Source of the DNA: Nitrosopumilus maritimus SCM1
GTDB lineage: Archaea; Thermoproteota; Nitrososphaeria; Nitrososphaerales; Nitrosopumilaceae
Length of the DNA: 32,000 bases
NCBI RefSeq assembly: GCF_000018465.1
Contig: NC_010085.1
Coordinates: 900,001-932,000, forward strand
Direction of reading: 5' to 3'
Below are positions 7,775-17,088 of this stretch, piece by piece. The notes beneath the pieces are model-generated. The model saw nothing but the letters and a program-made list of their open reading frames with translations. It was not told the DNA's origin and did no database searches. Each line of letters begins with the position of its first letter. Within the stretch, counting starts at the first letter, position 1. The translations under genes and the position numbers were made by a program.

Positions 7775-9073
7775 CTATGGTTTGTACTCTTCGGTAATTT
7801 CCTTAACGATTCCTGCTGCGATAGTAGCACCCATATCTCTAAGGGCGAATCTACCCATCTCAGGGAATTCTTGGAAAGTTTCGATACATGTTGGTCTCAC
7901 CGGTCTGATTTTTACAATTGCAGAGTCACCAACTTTGAGGAATTTTGGATTTTCTTCCTCAACTGCACCAGATGCTGGGTTGATCTTTTGTAAGAACTCA
8001 GTAACTGTTGCTGCAACTTGTGCAGTGTGTGCGTGCATAACTGGTGTGTAACCAGGTGCGATTGCTGTTGGGTGGTGAATTACAATAATTTGTGCTTTGA
8101 ATTCTTTTGCAACATTTGGTGGGTTGTCAGGACTTCCGAGAACATCTCCTCTCTTGATGTCTTTCTTCTCAACACCTCTAAGGTTGAAACCAATGTTATC
8201 ACCTGCTTCTGCAGATGGCATCTCTGTGTGGTGAGTTTCAATAGATTTGATTTCACCAGGAGCACCTGAAGGCATTACGACGATTTTGTCTCCTGCTTTC
8301 ATAACTCCGGTCTCAACTCTACCTACTGGAACGGTACCTACACCAGTGATGGTATAAACATCTTGGATTGGAACACGTAGTGGTTTACCGATTGGTTTTT
8401 CAGATACTGTAAAGTCATCAAATGCTTCAAGTAGTGTTTTACCAGAGTACCATGACATGTTTTCGGATTTTTTAACCAAGTTGTCACCTTTCCATCCAGA
8501 AACTGGAATGAATGGTACATTTTCTAGTTTGTAACCTACAGATTTTACTAATTTTTCACCTTTTTCTTTGGCTACTTTGAATGCTTCTTCAGAATAGTTG
8601 CTATCATCCATTTTGTTGATTGCAACGATTAGTTGGTTTACACCTAAAGTCTTAAGCAAGAATGCGTGTTCTCTTGCTTGACCACCTGCAGCAATTGCAG
8701 TATCGGTTTCACCTTCTTTAGCTGAAAGTACTAAGACTGCTGCGTCGGCTTCAGAAGCACCAGTAATCATGTTTTTAATAAAGTCCCTGTGACCAGGAGC
8801 GTCAATCAAAGTAAAGAAGTACTTTGGGGACTCGAATTTTTGGAATGCAAGATCGATTGTAATACCTCTCTCTCTTTCATCCTTAATGTTATCCATTACC
8901 CAAGCATACTTGAAAGTATCACCTTTTCCGGTCTTCTCGGATTCGGATGCATGGGATGCAATTGTTCTTTCATCTACAACGCCAAGATCCATCAAGAAAT
9001 GACCCATAGTTGTTGATTTTCCATTATCAATATGACCTGTAACAATCAGGTTCAAGTGTGGTTTATCTGCCAT
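7775..9073 (-). CDS. tuf: translation elongation factor EF-1 alpha (aEF-1A)
   Basis: VTGHIDNGKSTTMGHF; DAPGHRDFIKNMITG; INKMDD; complete 432-aa GTPase. Confidence 0.98.
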   Translation of the reverse strand: MADKPHLNLIVTGHIDNGKSTTMGHFLMDLGVVDERTIASHASESEKTGKGDTFKYAWVMDNIKDERERGITIDLAFQKFESPKYFFTLIDAPGHRDFIKNMITGASEADAAVLVLSAKEGETDTAIAAGGQAREHAFLLKTLGVNQLIVAINKMDDSNYSEEAFKVAKEKGEKLVKSVGYKLENVPFIPVSGWKGDNLVKKSENMSWYSGKTLLEAFDDFTVSEKPIGKPLRVPIQDVYTITGVGTVPVGRVETGVMKAGDKIVVMPSGAPGEIKSIETHHTEMPSAEAGDNIGFNLRGVEKKDIKRGDVLGSPDNPPNVAKEFKAQIIVIHHPTAIAPGYTPVMHAHTAQVAATVTEFLQKINPASGAVEEENPKFLKVGDSAIVKIRPVRPTCIETFQEFPEMGRFALRDMGATIAAGIVKEITEEYKP

Positions 9074-9194
9074 GTACAGTGCGTGTCTGAGGGCATTTAT
9101 TACTGTTATGAATTTTTGAAGAAAAATTCAAAATTTTTCAATTAATTTCAGATCAGAAGACTTTGCTAAAAGCACATAAATCAAAGGGGCAAAA

Positions 9195-10340
9195 ATGGAA
9201 AATATGAAAATTACAGTTTCAGTTATCAAAGCCGATGTCGGCGGTGTCGGAGGACATACAAAACCTAGTGACGGATTATTAGACGCAATTAGAAATACCG
9301 TTAAAAATTCAGCAGATTTGCTTATCGATTATTACATTGGATATTGTGGTGATGACACCCATATCGTAATGTCTCACACTCATGGTGTAGACAATCAACA
9401 AATTCACAAACTAGCATGGGATGCATTCATGGCAGGAACTCAAGTTGCAAAAGAAGAGGGATTGTATGGTGCAGGACAAGACTTGCTCAAAGACTCTTTC
9501 TCTGGAAACGTAAAAGGAATGGGTCCAGGAGTTGCAGAAATGGAATTTGAAGAAAGACCAAATGAAGCATTTACAGTATTTGCAGCTGACAAAACAGAAC
9601 CAGGTGCATTCAACTATCCAATTTACAGAATGTTTGTAGATGCACTAAGTAACACAGGATTAATTGTAAACAAGAATCTTGCAGACGGGGTTAAAATTAA
9701 TATCATGGATGTTGAAAAGGCTCAGATTGCAGAGTTGCAATTATGGGAAGATAAACCAACAATTGAAGCAGCATTAATGTATCCAGGTAGATACGTTGTA
9801 GATTCAGTTACAACAAAAGATGGAGAACCAATTCTTGCCGCATCAACTGATAGATTACACAATATTGCAGGAACATATGTTGGAAAAGACGATCCAATTT
9901 GTGTTGTCAGAACACAAAAGAAATTCCCTGCAACTGAAGAAGTAGGAAGTGTGTTTAACAATCCACATTTTGTTGCAGGAAACACAAGAGGAAGTCATAA
10001 TATGCCATTAATGCCTGTAAAACTAAACTCTGCAGCTACAATCAACTTTTGTATTCCAATCGTTGAGGCACTTGTATTTAGTATGCATAACGGAAAGTTT
10101 ACAGGACCATTTGATGGATTCTCAACTCCAGATTGGGATCTAATCAGAGAGAGAGCAACAGAGAAAGCCATGGCAATTAGAAGCCAAGGATTTATCCATC
10201 CAGCAACACTTGTACCATCAGAACTAGAATATGCTGAAGGTTATAGAGCTAGAATGGATGTTCTTGAAAGTAAGATGAAACCAATGGAAGGAACTGATTC
10301 TAGCGGTGACAGAAAAGAGAATTACGAAGATCCAGATTAG
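9195..10340 (+). CDS. fbp: archaeal-type fructose-1,6-bisphosphate aldolase/phosphatase (possible alternative start at 9204, MKITVSVIK...)
   Basis: MKITVSVIKADVGGVGGHTKPSDGLLDAI; CGDDTHIVMSHTHGVDN; APLN-equivalent central region and PLMPVKLNSAATINFC. Confidence 0.95.
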   Translation: MENMKITVSVIKADVGGVGGHTKPSDGLLDAIRNTVKNSADLLIDYYIGYCGDDTHIVMSHTHGVDNQQIHKLAWDAFMAGTQVAKEEGLYGAGQDLLKDSFSGNVKGMGPGVAEMEFEERPNEAFTVFAADKTEPGAFNYPIYRMFVDALSNTGLIVNKNLADGVKINIMDVEKAQIAELQLWEDKPTIEAALMYPGRYVVDSVTTKDGEPILAASTDRLHNIAGTYVGKDDPICVVRTQKKFPATEEVGSVFNNPHFVAGNTRGSHNMPLMPVKLNSAATINFCIPIVEALVFSMHNGKFTGPFDGFSTPDWDLIRERATEKAMAIRSQGFIHPATLVPSELEYAEGYRARMDVLESKMKPMEGTDSSGDRKENYEDPD

Positions 10341-10398
10341 TAATTTCAAAAACTGCAAATCATAAGAAATAGTTAAATCAAAACAGGCCGTACATTAT

Positions 10399-10815
10399 TT
10401 GACCAAGATGATTTTTCAGAAGATTTTTGATTGGAAAACATACATTTTCACAGCATTAGCAGTAATCTCATTTTCAAATTTCATGGCAGTATTATTTGGC
10501 CAGACCATACCAAATGTAGTACTAGACTTTTTCAAAGTTGCAGGAGAATACGTTGTGTTAGGAGCAGTCTTTGTATTTGCTCTTGCATGGTTACTCAAAG
10601 CAAAGCCTCACAATCGCCCAAAACAATACTCTGTAGTAGTCTTTGATGTGTATGGAAAAAAGAGCCAGATTGATGGATTGAGAACAGAATTCAAAACACA
10701 TGATGTGGCATGGAGTTTCATGAAACAATACAAGAAATCATACCCACTATACAATTTTGCGCTTGTATCAGATCTTCCAAAGTCAGACAAACCAACAATT
10801 TTCAGATACATCTAG
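10399..10815 (+). CDS. conserved hypothetical membrane protein (two predicted N-terminal TM segments plus soluble C-terminal domain)
   Basis: IFTALAVISFSNFMAVLFG and YVVLGAVFVFALAWLL hydrophobic stretches. Confidence 0.7.
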   Translation: MTKMIFQKIFDWKTYIFTALAVISFSNFMAVLFGQTIPNVVLDFFKVAGEYVVLGAVFVFALAWLLKAKPHNRPKQYSVVVFDVYGKKSQIDGLRTEFKTHDVAWSFMKQYKKSYPLYNFALVSDLPKSDKPTIFRYI

Positions 10816-10851
10816 ATTCAATTTTTATTCCACAGTACACTAAGTATTAGA

Positions 10852-12618
10852 ATGGAGTTTTCTATCTTAGCTGATTCGTTTAACAAGATGGAATCAACTA
10901 GAAAAAGATTAGAACTAACACAGTACTTGGTAGAATTATTTAAAAAAACTCCACAAGAAGTGATTTCAAAGATAGTCTATTTACTTCAAGGAAAACTAAG
11001 ACCAGACTTTGAAGGAGTGGAGTTGGGAGTTGCAGAAAAACTTGCAATAAGAGCAATCTCAAAATCTTCAGGAATACCAATTAAAAAAATTGAAGAAGAA
11101 TACAGAAAAGGTGGAGACTTGGGGCATGCAGCCACTACAATTCTAGAGCAAAAAACGCAGACAACATTTCTCGTAGAAGACATTACAGTTGAACGAGTCT
11201 ATGAGACATTATTCAAGATTGCAAAGTTAGAGGGCAATAGATCACAAGACATGAAGATGAAATACATTTCAAGCTTACTTAATGATGCAAGTCCGTTAGA
11301 GGCAAGCTTTATTCTAAAAATATTGTTAGGTACACTAAGACTAGGAATTGCAGAAAATACTGTAATGGATGCATTAGCATTAGCATTTTCAGGCAACAAA
11401 GAAAATAGAAAAATTTTGGAGCATGCATACAATGTTTCTAGTGATTTGGGAAAAGTTGCAGAAGTTTTAGCAACTGAAGGATTAGCAGAAGTTGAAAAAT
11501 TCAAAATAATTTTGTTTAATCCAATCAGACCAATGCTTGCAGACAGAGTAAAGAGCGAACAAGAAGCAATTGAAAAAATGGGGAATGAATTTGCAGCTGA
11601 ATACAAATTAGATGGAGAAAGAGTACAACTACACATAGAAGGAGACAAAGTAGTTTTATTTTCAAGAAGTTTAGAAAATATTTCAAGTTATTATCCAGAT
11701 ATTATAGAAAAAATTCCAAAAACAATTCAAGCAGAAAATATTGTACTAGAGGCAGAAGCAGTAGCAATCAATGAAAACACAGGAGAGTTTTTGCCATTTC
11801 AAGAATTAATGCATAGAAGAAGAAAATACAAAATAGAAAAAGCAGTTACACAATATCCCATAACGGTAAATCTCTTTGATATCTTGTATTGTAATGGAAA
11901 GAGTTGTCTTGAATTAGACTATAAAGAAAGAAGAGAAAAAATGGAAAAAGTGGTAAAAGAAGATGATTTTGTAAAGCACATTCCCATGGCCATTGTCAAA
12001 AATGAAAATGATATTGAAGACTTTTTTGAAAACAGCATCAATGCAGGAAGTGAAGGACTAATGCTAAAGACGCTTGTTAGTCCATATCAAGCAGGTTCAA
12101 GAGGAAGTCACTGGTTAAAACTGAAAAGAGAATATCAAAATGAACTTGGAGATAGTTTAGATCTTGTTGTGATAGGAGGATTCTTTGGGAAAGGAAGACG
12201 GACAGGAAACTATGGAACTTTATTGTTAGCAACATACGAAGAAGATGAAGATACATTCACCAGCATTTGTAAAGTTGGAACAGGTTTTTCAGATGAAGAT
12301 TTAGATCAATTATATCAAATTCTAAATCCCAAAGTAACAATCAAGAAAAATCCGCGTATTAATAGTGAAATGGAAGCAGATGTTTGGTTTGAACCAGAAT
12401 TAGTAATAGAGGTGGTTGCATCAGAGATTACACTTAGTCCAATTCACAAAGCAGCTAGAGACAAAATTAGAAAGGGAGCAGGACTTGCATTGAGATTTCC
12501 AAAATTTACAGGAAAGATGAGAGTTGAAAAAATGGCAGAAGATGCATCTACTAATGAAGAAGTGATCACATTATACCAAGGTCAGAAAAAAGTGGCACAT
12601 GACAAAAGTCTCATGTAA
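10852..12618 (+). CDS. lig: ATP-dependent DNA ligase
   Basis: AAEYKLDGERVQLHIEGD (KxDGxR active site); SLGRSGLMLK-equivalent NAGSEGLMLKTLVSPYQAGSRGSHWLKLKREY; 588 aa. Confidence 0.97.
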   Translation: MEFSILADSFNKMESTRKRLELTQYLVELFKKTPQEVISKIVYLLQGKLRPDFEGVELGVAEKLAIRAISKSSGIPIKKIEEEYRKGGDLGHAATTILEQKTQTTFLVEDITVERVYETLFKIAKLEGNRSQDMKMKYISSLLNDASPLEASFILKILLGTLRLGIAENTVMDALALAFSGNKENRKILEHAYNVSSDLGKVAEVLATEGLAEVEKFKIILFNPIRPMLADRVKSEQEAIEKMGNEFAAEYKLDGERVQLHIEGDKVVLFSRSLENISSYYPDIIEKIPKTIQAENIVLEAEAVAINENTGEFLPFQELMHRRRKYKIEKAVTQYPITVNLFDILYCNGKSCLELDYKERREKMEKVVKEDDFVKHIPMAIVKNENDIEDFFENSINAGSEGLMLKTLVSPYQAGSRGSHWLKLKREYQNELGDSLDLVVIGGFFGKGRRTGNYGTLLLATYEEDEDTFTSICKVGTGFSDEDLDQLYQILNPKVTIKKNPRINSEMEADVWFEPELVIEVVASEITLSPIHKAARDKIRKGAGLALRFPKFTGKMRVEKMAEDASTNEEVITLYQGQKKVAHDKSLM

Positions 12619-12663
12619 TCATGCTCAAAAGATATCAAAAATCATAGAGGATTTAAATTACCA

Positions 12664-13338
12664 TTGGATTTGGTAGTTTTTGTTATGTATAGCGGAGAGC
12701 TTGAAGTTCAAGCAAAAAGAAAGGCTATAGCAGTTTTACAAGACGAAATCAATAGAATTCTAAATGCATCTAGAGAACTGGCAACACTTCCAGAACTAAT
12801 GATGAAAAAAGACAAGACAGGAATCAAAAACACATTAGAACAAATTTCTACAATTGAAGAAGAAGTAGAAAATCTAAGAAGAAAAATTACACGCGAAGTA
12901 GCAGATGTTGGAGGTTTAATCATGAACAGAGAAAATCTCCTAAACACAGCATATACAATGGATGAGATTGCAGGTTACATCACTGGAATTTCATTCAAAC
13001 TATCAAATGTAAAACCAACTACTCTGAAAAGTGCAAAACTAGACAAAGACTTGACAAAACTAATCGAATTAGTTGTAGATGAAGTCTACAAACTAAATGA
13101 AATCATTAGAAGTCTTAACACAAACACTGCAAGCGCAATTGAGTTAGCACAAGAAACACAAACAATTGAAAGAGAAATAGACATCAAATACAGACAAGCA
13201 ACAATAAAGCTTCTAACAGAAGTAACAAACACCAAAGAATTAATGTTAATGAAAGACGTGATTGAGGGAATTGAAGAAATGGCAGACAAATGCCAGAGAG
13301 TATCAGATTCTTTCATTTTGTTAGCATTGAGCCTATAA
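12664..13338 (+). CDS. conserved hypothetical coiled-coil protein (PhoU-like length and helicity, no family claimed)
   Basis: Long all-helical ORF 45 nt after ligase; upstream start MDLVVFVMYSGE, alternative ATG at MYSGELEVQAKR. Confidence 0.7.
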   Translation: MDLVVFVMYSGELEVQAKRKAIAVLQDEINRILNASRELATLPELMMKKDKTGIKNTLEQISTIEEEVENLRRKITREVADVGGLIMNRENLLNTAYTMDEIAGYITGISFKLSNVKPTTLKSAKLDKDLTKLIELVVDEVYKLNEIIRSLNTNTASAIELAQETQTIEREIDIKYRQATIKLLTEVTNTKELMLMKDVIEGIEEMADKCQRVSDSFILLALSL

Positions 13339-13429
13339 GCAAATCACATCTACATTTTTACTTTATTTTCTATTTTCATAAGCATCATTAATCTAATGAA
13401 TTCATATACACTAGAAGTTTTGAAAAATT

Positions 13430-13966
13430 ATGAAAGGAGAATTAATTGAAAACAGAGTGATTGTTTGGAATATTGAAGATTCTCGAAAGCTGTTTGGTGG
13501 CGGATATTATGGGAAACCCATAGGCATTCCAAAACCAAAAATCGAAGAGATTGATGCTCCTCTTGTTTTAGATTTAATTGAATCGTTATACTTACTAGAA
13601 AATAAAAAAATATCAATTTCAAAATCAAAACATAAAGTTACAGTAGAACAAATGATAGATATTTGTAAAAATGAACATCATGATTTTGATAAAAAATATT
13701 TAGTGTACAAGAACTTTAGAGATAAAGGATACATCATTAATCCAGGAATAAAGTTTGGTTGTGATTTTGCAGTTTATGAGAAAGGTCCAGGAATAGACCA
13801 CGCACCATTTTTGATTCAAGTGTACAATAGAAGTGAACCAATAACGTCAACAGGAATTGTACTTGCAGGTAGACTTGCAACGTCAGTGAAAAAACAATTC
13901 ATCTTAGCAATTCCCAAAGGTAAAGACAATGTAGATTTTTTGGCTTTAGATTGGTGGAAAGCCTAA
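13430..13966 (+). CDS. endA: tRNA-splicing endonuclease
   Basis: YLVYKNFRDKGYIINPGIKFGCDFAVYEKGPGIDHAPFLIQVYN...LAGRLATSVKKQFILAI, catalytic Tyr/His/Lys context. Confidence 0.93.
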   Translation: MKGELIENRVIVWNIEDSRKLFGGGYYGKPIGIPKPKIEEIDAPLVLDLIESLYLLENKKISISKSKHKVTVEQMIDICKNEHHDFDKKYLVYKNFRDKGYIINPGIKFGCDFAVYEKGPGIDHAPFLIQVYNRSEPITSTGIVLAGRLATSVKKQFILAIPKGKDNVDFLALDWWKA

Positions 13967-14011
13967 ACTGACAAAACAAATCAAAAAAGAGCTTTCTCCA
14001 TACTTTAGAAA

Positions 14012-16309
14012 TCATCTTACAGGTTTGTCAGATACTAGAAAAGATAATTGTGCCACTTGTTCACCACGATATTCAGTAATTATTTCGTAGGTTCCTTCCA
14101 TCCAGTGTTTGTTAAGAACTACAGGCATGGAATAAAATCCATCACTATTTACAATAGCAGTCATGTGTTTTGTGATTTTATCTGGATGAATAATTATGAT
14201 TTTAACAGTATTTGATGTAGATAGTTCTTGAATATGTCCAGAGATATTCATGTGGAGATCCCTTGACGAAGTAACATACACATCATTATTTTCAATTATT
14301 AACGAGCCCCCAGAGGTAGATTTTACAAGTAATGTTGGTTGTGATTCATCAAAACTAGTCTCTGGTTTTTCAAAATCTGCACCATATACAATGACAGAGC
14401 CATTAGCCCAAGGATGAAGTGCACAATAATAATCATAGATTCCTTTGTAAGGAAATTCATGTTGTACTGTTTGACCAGGAAACAAAATGTATCCAAATCT
14501 ATTATCATTATTATTAACAGAACCACTAGTTACAGTGTGTGTAAAAGAATCGGTGTTAAACCAAGTTATAATTCCCCCTTCTAAGATTTTTGCATCGGAG
14601 GGAGTAAAACATGAATCATCCATTTTACATGTGGGATTTGATGTACCATGAGTAATTTCAACTTCTTCAGTAAGATTAACCTCATCAACATGATCAGTAT
14701 TTGATTGAGGATTAGAGATTTCCCAAATATCATCAACTTGAACAAATGAAGGGATTCTAGATTCATGCCAGGATTGCAGTAGAATATTAGATGAAGTCAT
14801 AGGCTTTTGAAACATCAAATCAAGATTAATCCATAACCATTCATCTTCATAAGAAGGATATACTTCAACATACTTGAAAATATCATTAGGATCTATAACA
14901 TCAAGAGGTTTTCCTTTATCAAAAATAATTTCAACGTCACTGTTTTCTACAGTTGTAGAGGATGTAGAATAAGTGTATAATGAAAGATGTTCAATTTTTG
15001 AACTTGAAAGCATATCCCATAAACGAATTTGAAGTTGAACTGGTTGATTTGTTTCTGCAAAGAATTTAGGAGCTAGTGTTTTTTTAGAAAAATCATGATA
15101 TAGTCCTAATTTTTTATACGCTCCCATTTCTTTGTAATTCTTAAAATCAGTTTCATCTGAAAATTTACTGTATGGGAAATATTGATCAAATGGGAGATTA
15201 AGAGGAGCATCATATTCTTTGGTATCACCATCATCACCAACATGTGTTGTGAATTTGTAAAGACCAATTCCTTGAATTTGTGGAGGAGGTCTAATTTTTG
15301 ACGTGCCTGTAGAGGTATCAACAGGGGGCAAATAAACACCAGGTAGTAACGTAGTCTCAGTTACAATAGTTGATGAACGACCAATATCAATTGCGTTAAT
15401 TGCAGCAACTTTGTAACGATATCTTGTATCAGGATCTAAACCTTGATCAGAATATGTTGTGTTTGTATTGCCAGTATCAGCAATGTAGATTTCCCAAGGG
15501 TCTGATGCTTTTTTGCGTTCAATTTGGTATCCTGTTATTGGAGACTCACCATCGTATGGTTCATTCCAAGACAAGTTTATCTGAGTATGGCTAATTGCAG
15601 TCGCAGTAAGTCCTGTTACTCTATCGGGTTCTGTTATCTCAGTAGTTGTAGCAGCTTTGGCAGTGGATGCAGTTCCAATCCCAATTGCATTAATTGCAGC
15701 AACTTTGTAACGATATCTTGTATCAGGATCTAAACCTTGATCAGAATATGTTGTGTTTGTATTGCCAGTATCAGCAATGTAGATTTCCCAAGGGTCTGAT
15801 GCTTTTTTGCGTTCAATTTGGTATCCTGTTATTGGAGACTCACCATCGTATGGTTCATTCCAAGACAAGTCAATTTGTGTTGGACTGATTGTAGTGGCCG
15901 AGAGTCCTGTTACTCTATTTGGTTCTGTTATTGCAAAAGTTGTAGCAGCTTTGGCAGTGGATGAACGACCAATATCAATTGCGTTAATTGCAGCAACTTT
16001 GTAACGATATCTTGTATCAGGATCTAAACCTTGATCAGAATATGTTGTGTTTGTATTGCCAGTATCAGCAATGTAGATTTCCCAAGGGTCTGATGCTTTT
16101 TTGCGTTCAATTTGGTATCCTGTTATTGGCAATCCTCCGTCAGAAGGTTCATTCCAAGACAAGTCAATCTGGGTCGTACTGATTGCAGTTGCAGAAAGTC
16201 CCCTCACTCTATCGGGTTTAGTTTGAGCAAATGCATCTTCACTTAACATAAATGAAAATAATACAGATAATGAAAGAAATAAAAAAAATATTTTTTTATT
16301 CATATTCAT
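14012..16309 (-). CDS. secreted protein with three fibronectin type III repeats and a C-terminal plastocyanin-like domain; supplied ORF begins at 16327, MNMNKK start at 16309 preferred
   Basis: Signal peptide MNMNKKIFFLFLSLSVLFSFMLSEDAFAQ; three DLSWNEPxDG...YRYKVAAINA FN3 units; ITWFNTDSFTHTVTSG...YDYYCALHPWANGSV cupredoxin-like. Confidence 0.9.
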   Translation of the reverse strand: MNMNKKIFFLFLSLSVLFSFMLSEDAFAQTKPDRVRGLSATAISTTQIDLSWNEPSDGGLPITGYQIERKKASDPWEIYIADTGNTNTTYSDQGLDPDTRYRYKVAAINAIDIGRSSTAKAATTFAITEPNRVTGLSATTISPTQIDLSWNEPYDGESPITGYQIERKKASDPWEIYIADTGNTNTTYSDQGLDPDTRYRYKVAAINAIGIGTASTAKAATTTEITEPDRVTGLTATAISHTQINLSWNEPYDGESPITGYQIERKKASDPWEIYIADTGNTNTTYSDQGLDPDTRYRYKVAAINAIDIGRSSTIVTETTLLPGVYLPPVDTSTGTSKIRPPPQIQGIGLYKFTTHVGDDGDTKEYDAPLNLPFDQYFPYSKFSDETDFKNYKEMGAYKKLGLYHDFSKKTLAPKFFAETNQPVQLQIRLWDMLSSSKIEHLSLYTYSTSSTTVENSDVEIIFDKGKPLDVIDPNDIFKYVEVYPSYEDEWLWINLDLMFQKPMTSSNILLQSWHESRIPSFVQVDDIWEISNPQSNTDHVDEVNLTEEVEITHGTSNPTCKMDDSCFTPSDAKILEGGIITWFNTDSFTHTVTSGSVNNNDNRFGYILFPGQTVQHEFPYKGIYDYYCALHPWANGSVIVYGADFEKPETSFDESQPTLLVKSTSGGSLIIENNDVYVTSSRDLHMNISGHIQELSTSNTVKIIIIHPDKITKHMTAIVNSDGFYSMPVVLNKHWMEGTYEIITEYRGEQVAQLSFLVSDKPVR
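15373..16254 (-). repeat. Tandem repeat, 294-bp period x3 (98 codons), encoding the FN3 repeats
   Basis: Shared landmarks spaced 294 bp; 146-bp core 15396-15541 is read as identical in the copies beginning at 15690 and 15984. Confidence 0.93.
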
Positions 16310-16374
16310 AGTGAAAAATGAGCGCATAAAAGGATGAATTTGATTTTTGAATTTGATAATATTATCAAATAGTG

Positions 16375-16752
16375 TTAAACAGATTTTATGTGACCGGCAA
16401 TACGATCATAGATATCAAAAAGCTCTTTTGTGATTCCAAATGCCAAATGGTTATCCCATTTACTACGAATTCTAACTGCATTCTCAGTAGGTTCAACATA
16501 GATGGTTGCATCTTTTACTGATTGTTGTGCAATCATCTCATTTAATTCAGAATCATGATTTAGTTTTTCAGCAAGAGCACCAGTGCCATTCCAACTTACA
16601 CTTTCAACAGTTTTTGCTGCAAAATGACCTCTAGTTTTGAGTTGTGTTTTTGCAACAAAGTTACCAACGTTTCTACCAGTGTCTTTTCTAACGATAAAGT
16701 GTGCTTGATATCTGTCTAGTGCGCCCCAAGGCATTGGATTTGGATCTTGCAT
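16375..16752 (-). CDS. conserved hypothetical protein (125 aa)
   Basis: Intact ORF in tight pair with 16755-16994. Confidence 0.7.
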   Translation of the reverse strand: MQDPNPMPWGALDRYQAHFIVRKDTGRNVGNFVAKTQLKTRGHFAAKTVESVSWNGTGALAEKLNHDSELNEMIAQQSVKDATIYVEPTENAVRIRSKWDNHLAFGITKELFDIYDRIAGHIKSV

Positions 16753-16754
16753 TT

Positions 16755-16994
16755 TTACCCCTTTTGAATAATTTGAATTACGTCAATGTTAGAGTTCTTG
16801 ACATCAAGACATCCTCTATTTGTTATCATTCTTGCTGTATGAGCAAAATATCTACTGTAATAATCACCTTGTTCAACATCATCGGTTCCAATCTCTTTGG
16901 ATTCAGAATCTATACCGATCTCCTTTAACATACTACTAAATTTCTCAGGCCATGTTTGATAGACGAATGTATCTGGCTCTGTATCATGCATCAA
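16755..16994 (-). CDS. conserved hypothetical protein (79 aa)
   Basis: ORF 2 nt upstream of 16375-16752 on the same strand. Confidence 0.6.
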   Translation of the reverse strand: MMHDTEPDTFVYQTWPEKFSSMLKEIGIDSESKEIGTDDVEQGDYYSRYFAHTARMITNRGCLDVKNSNIDVIQIIQKG

Positions 16995-17088
16995 AAATCA
17001 TGAATCATACCCACAAATAAAGATATCAAGAAAAATTTCCTAGAGATCAATCCAATTAAATATCACAAAAGATTTGAGATTTCTATCT

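Noticed and set aside
7794-9016. Plus-strand ORFs over the EF-1alpha gene
   Set aside because: Antisense to a clearly conserved EF-1alpha; no own family signal.
15400-16182. Three near-identical plus-strand ORFs (MQQLCNDILYQDLNLDQNM...)
   Set aside because: They are the antisense reading of the 294-bp FN3 repeats in the minus-strand gene; identity follows from the DNA repeat, and their composition is not protein-like.
14012-16309. Tandem repeats considered as a CRISPR-like array
   Set aside because: Period is 294 bp, in frame with FN3 coding sequence, without short repeats separated by unique spacers; no cas genes.
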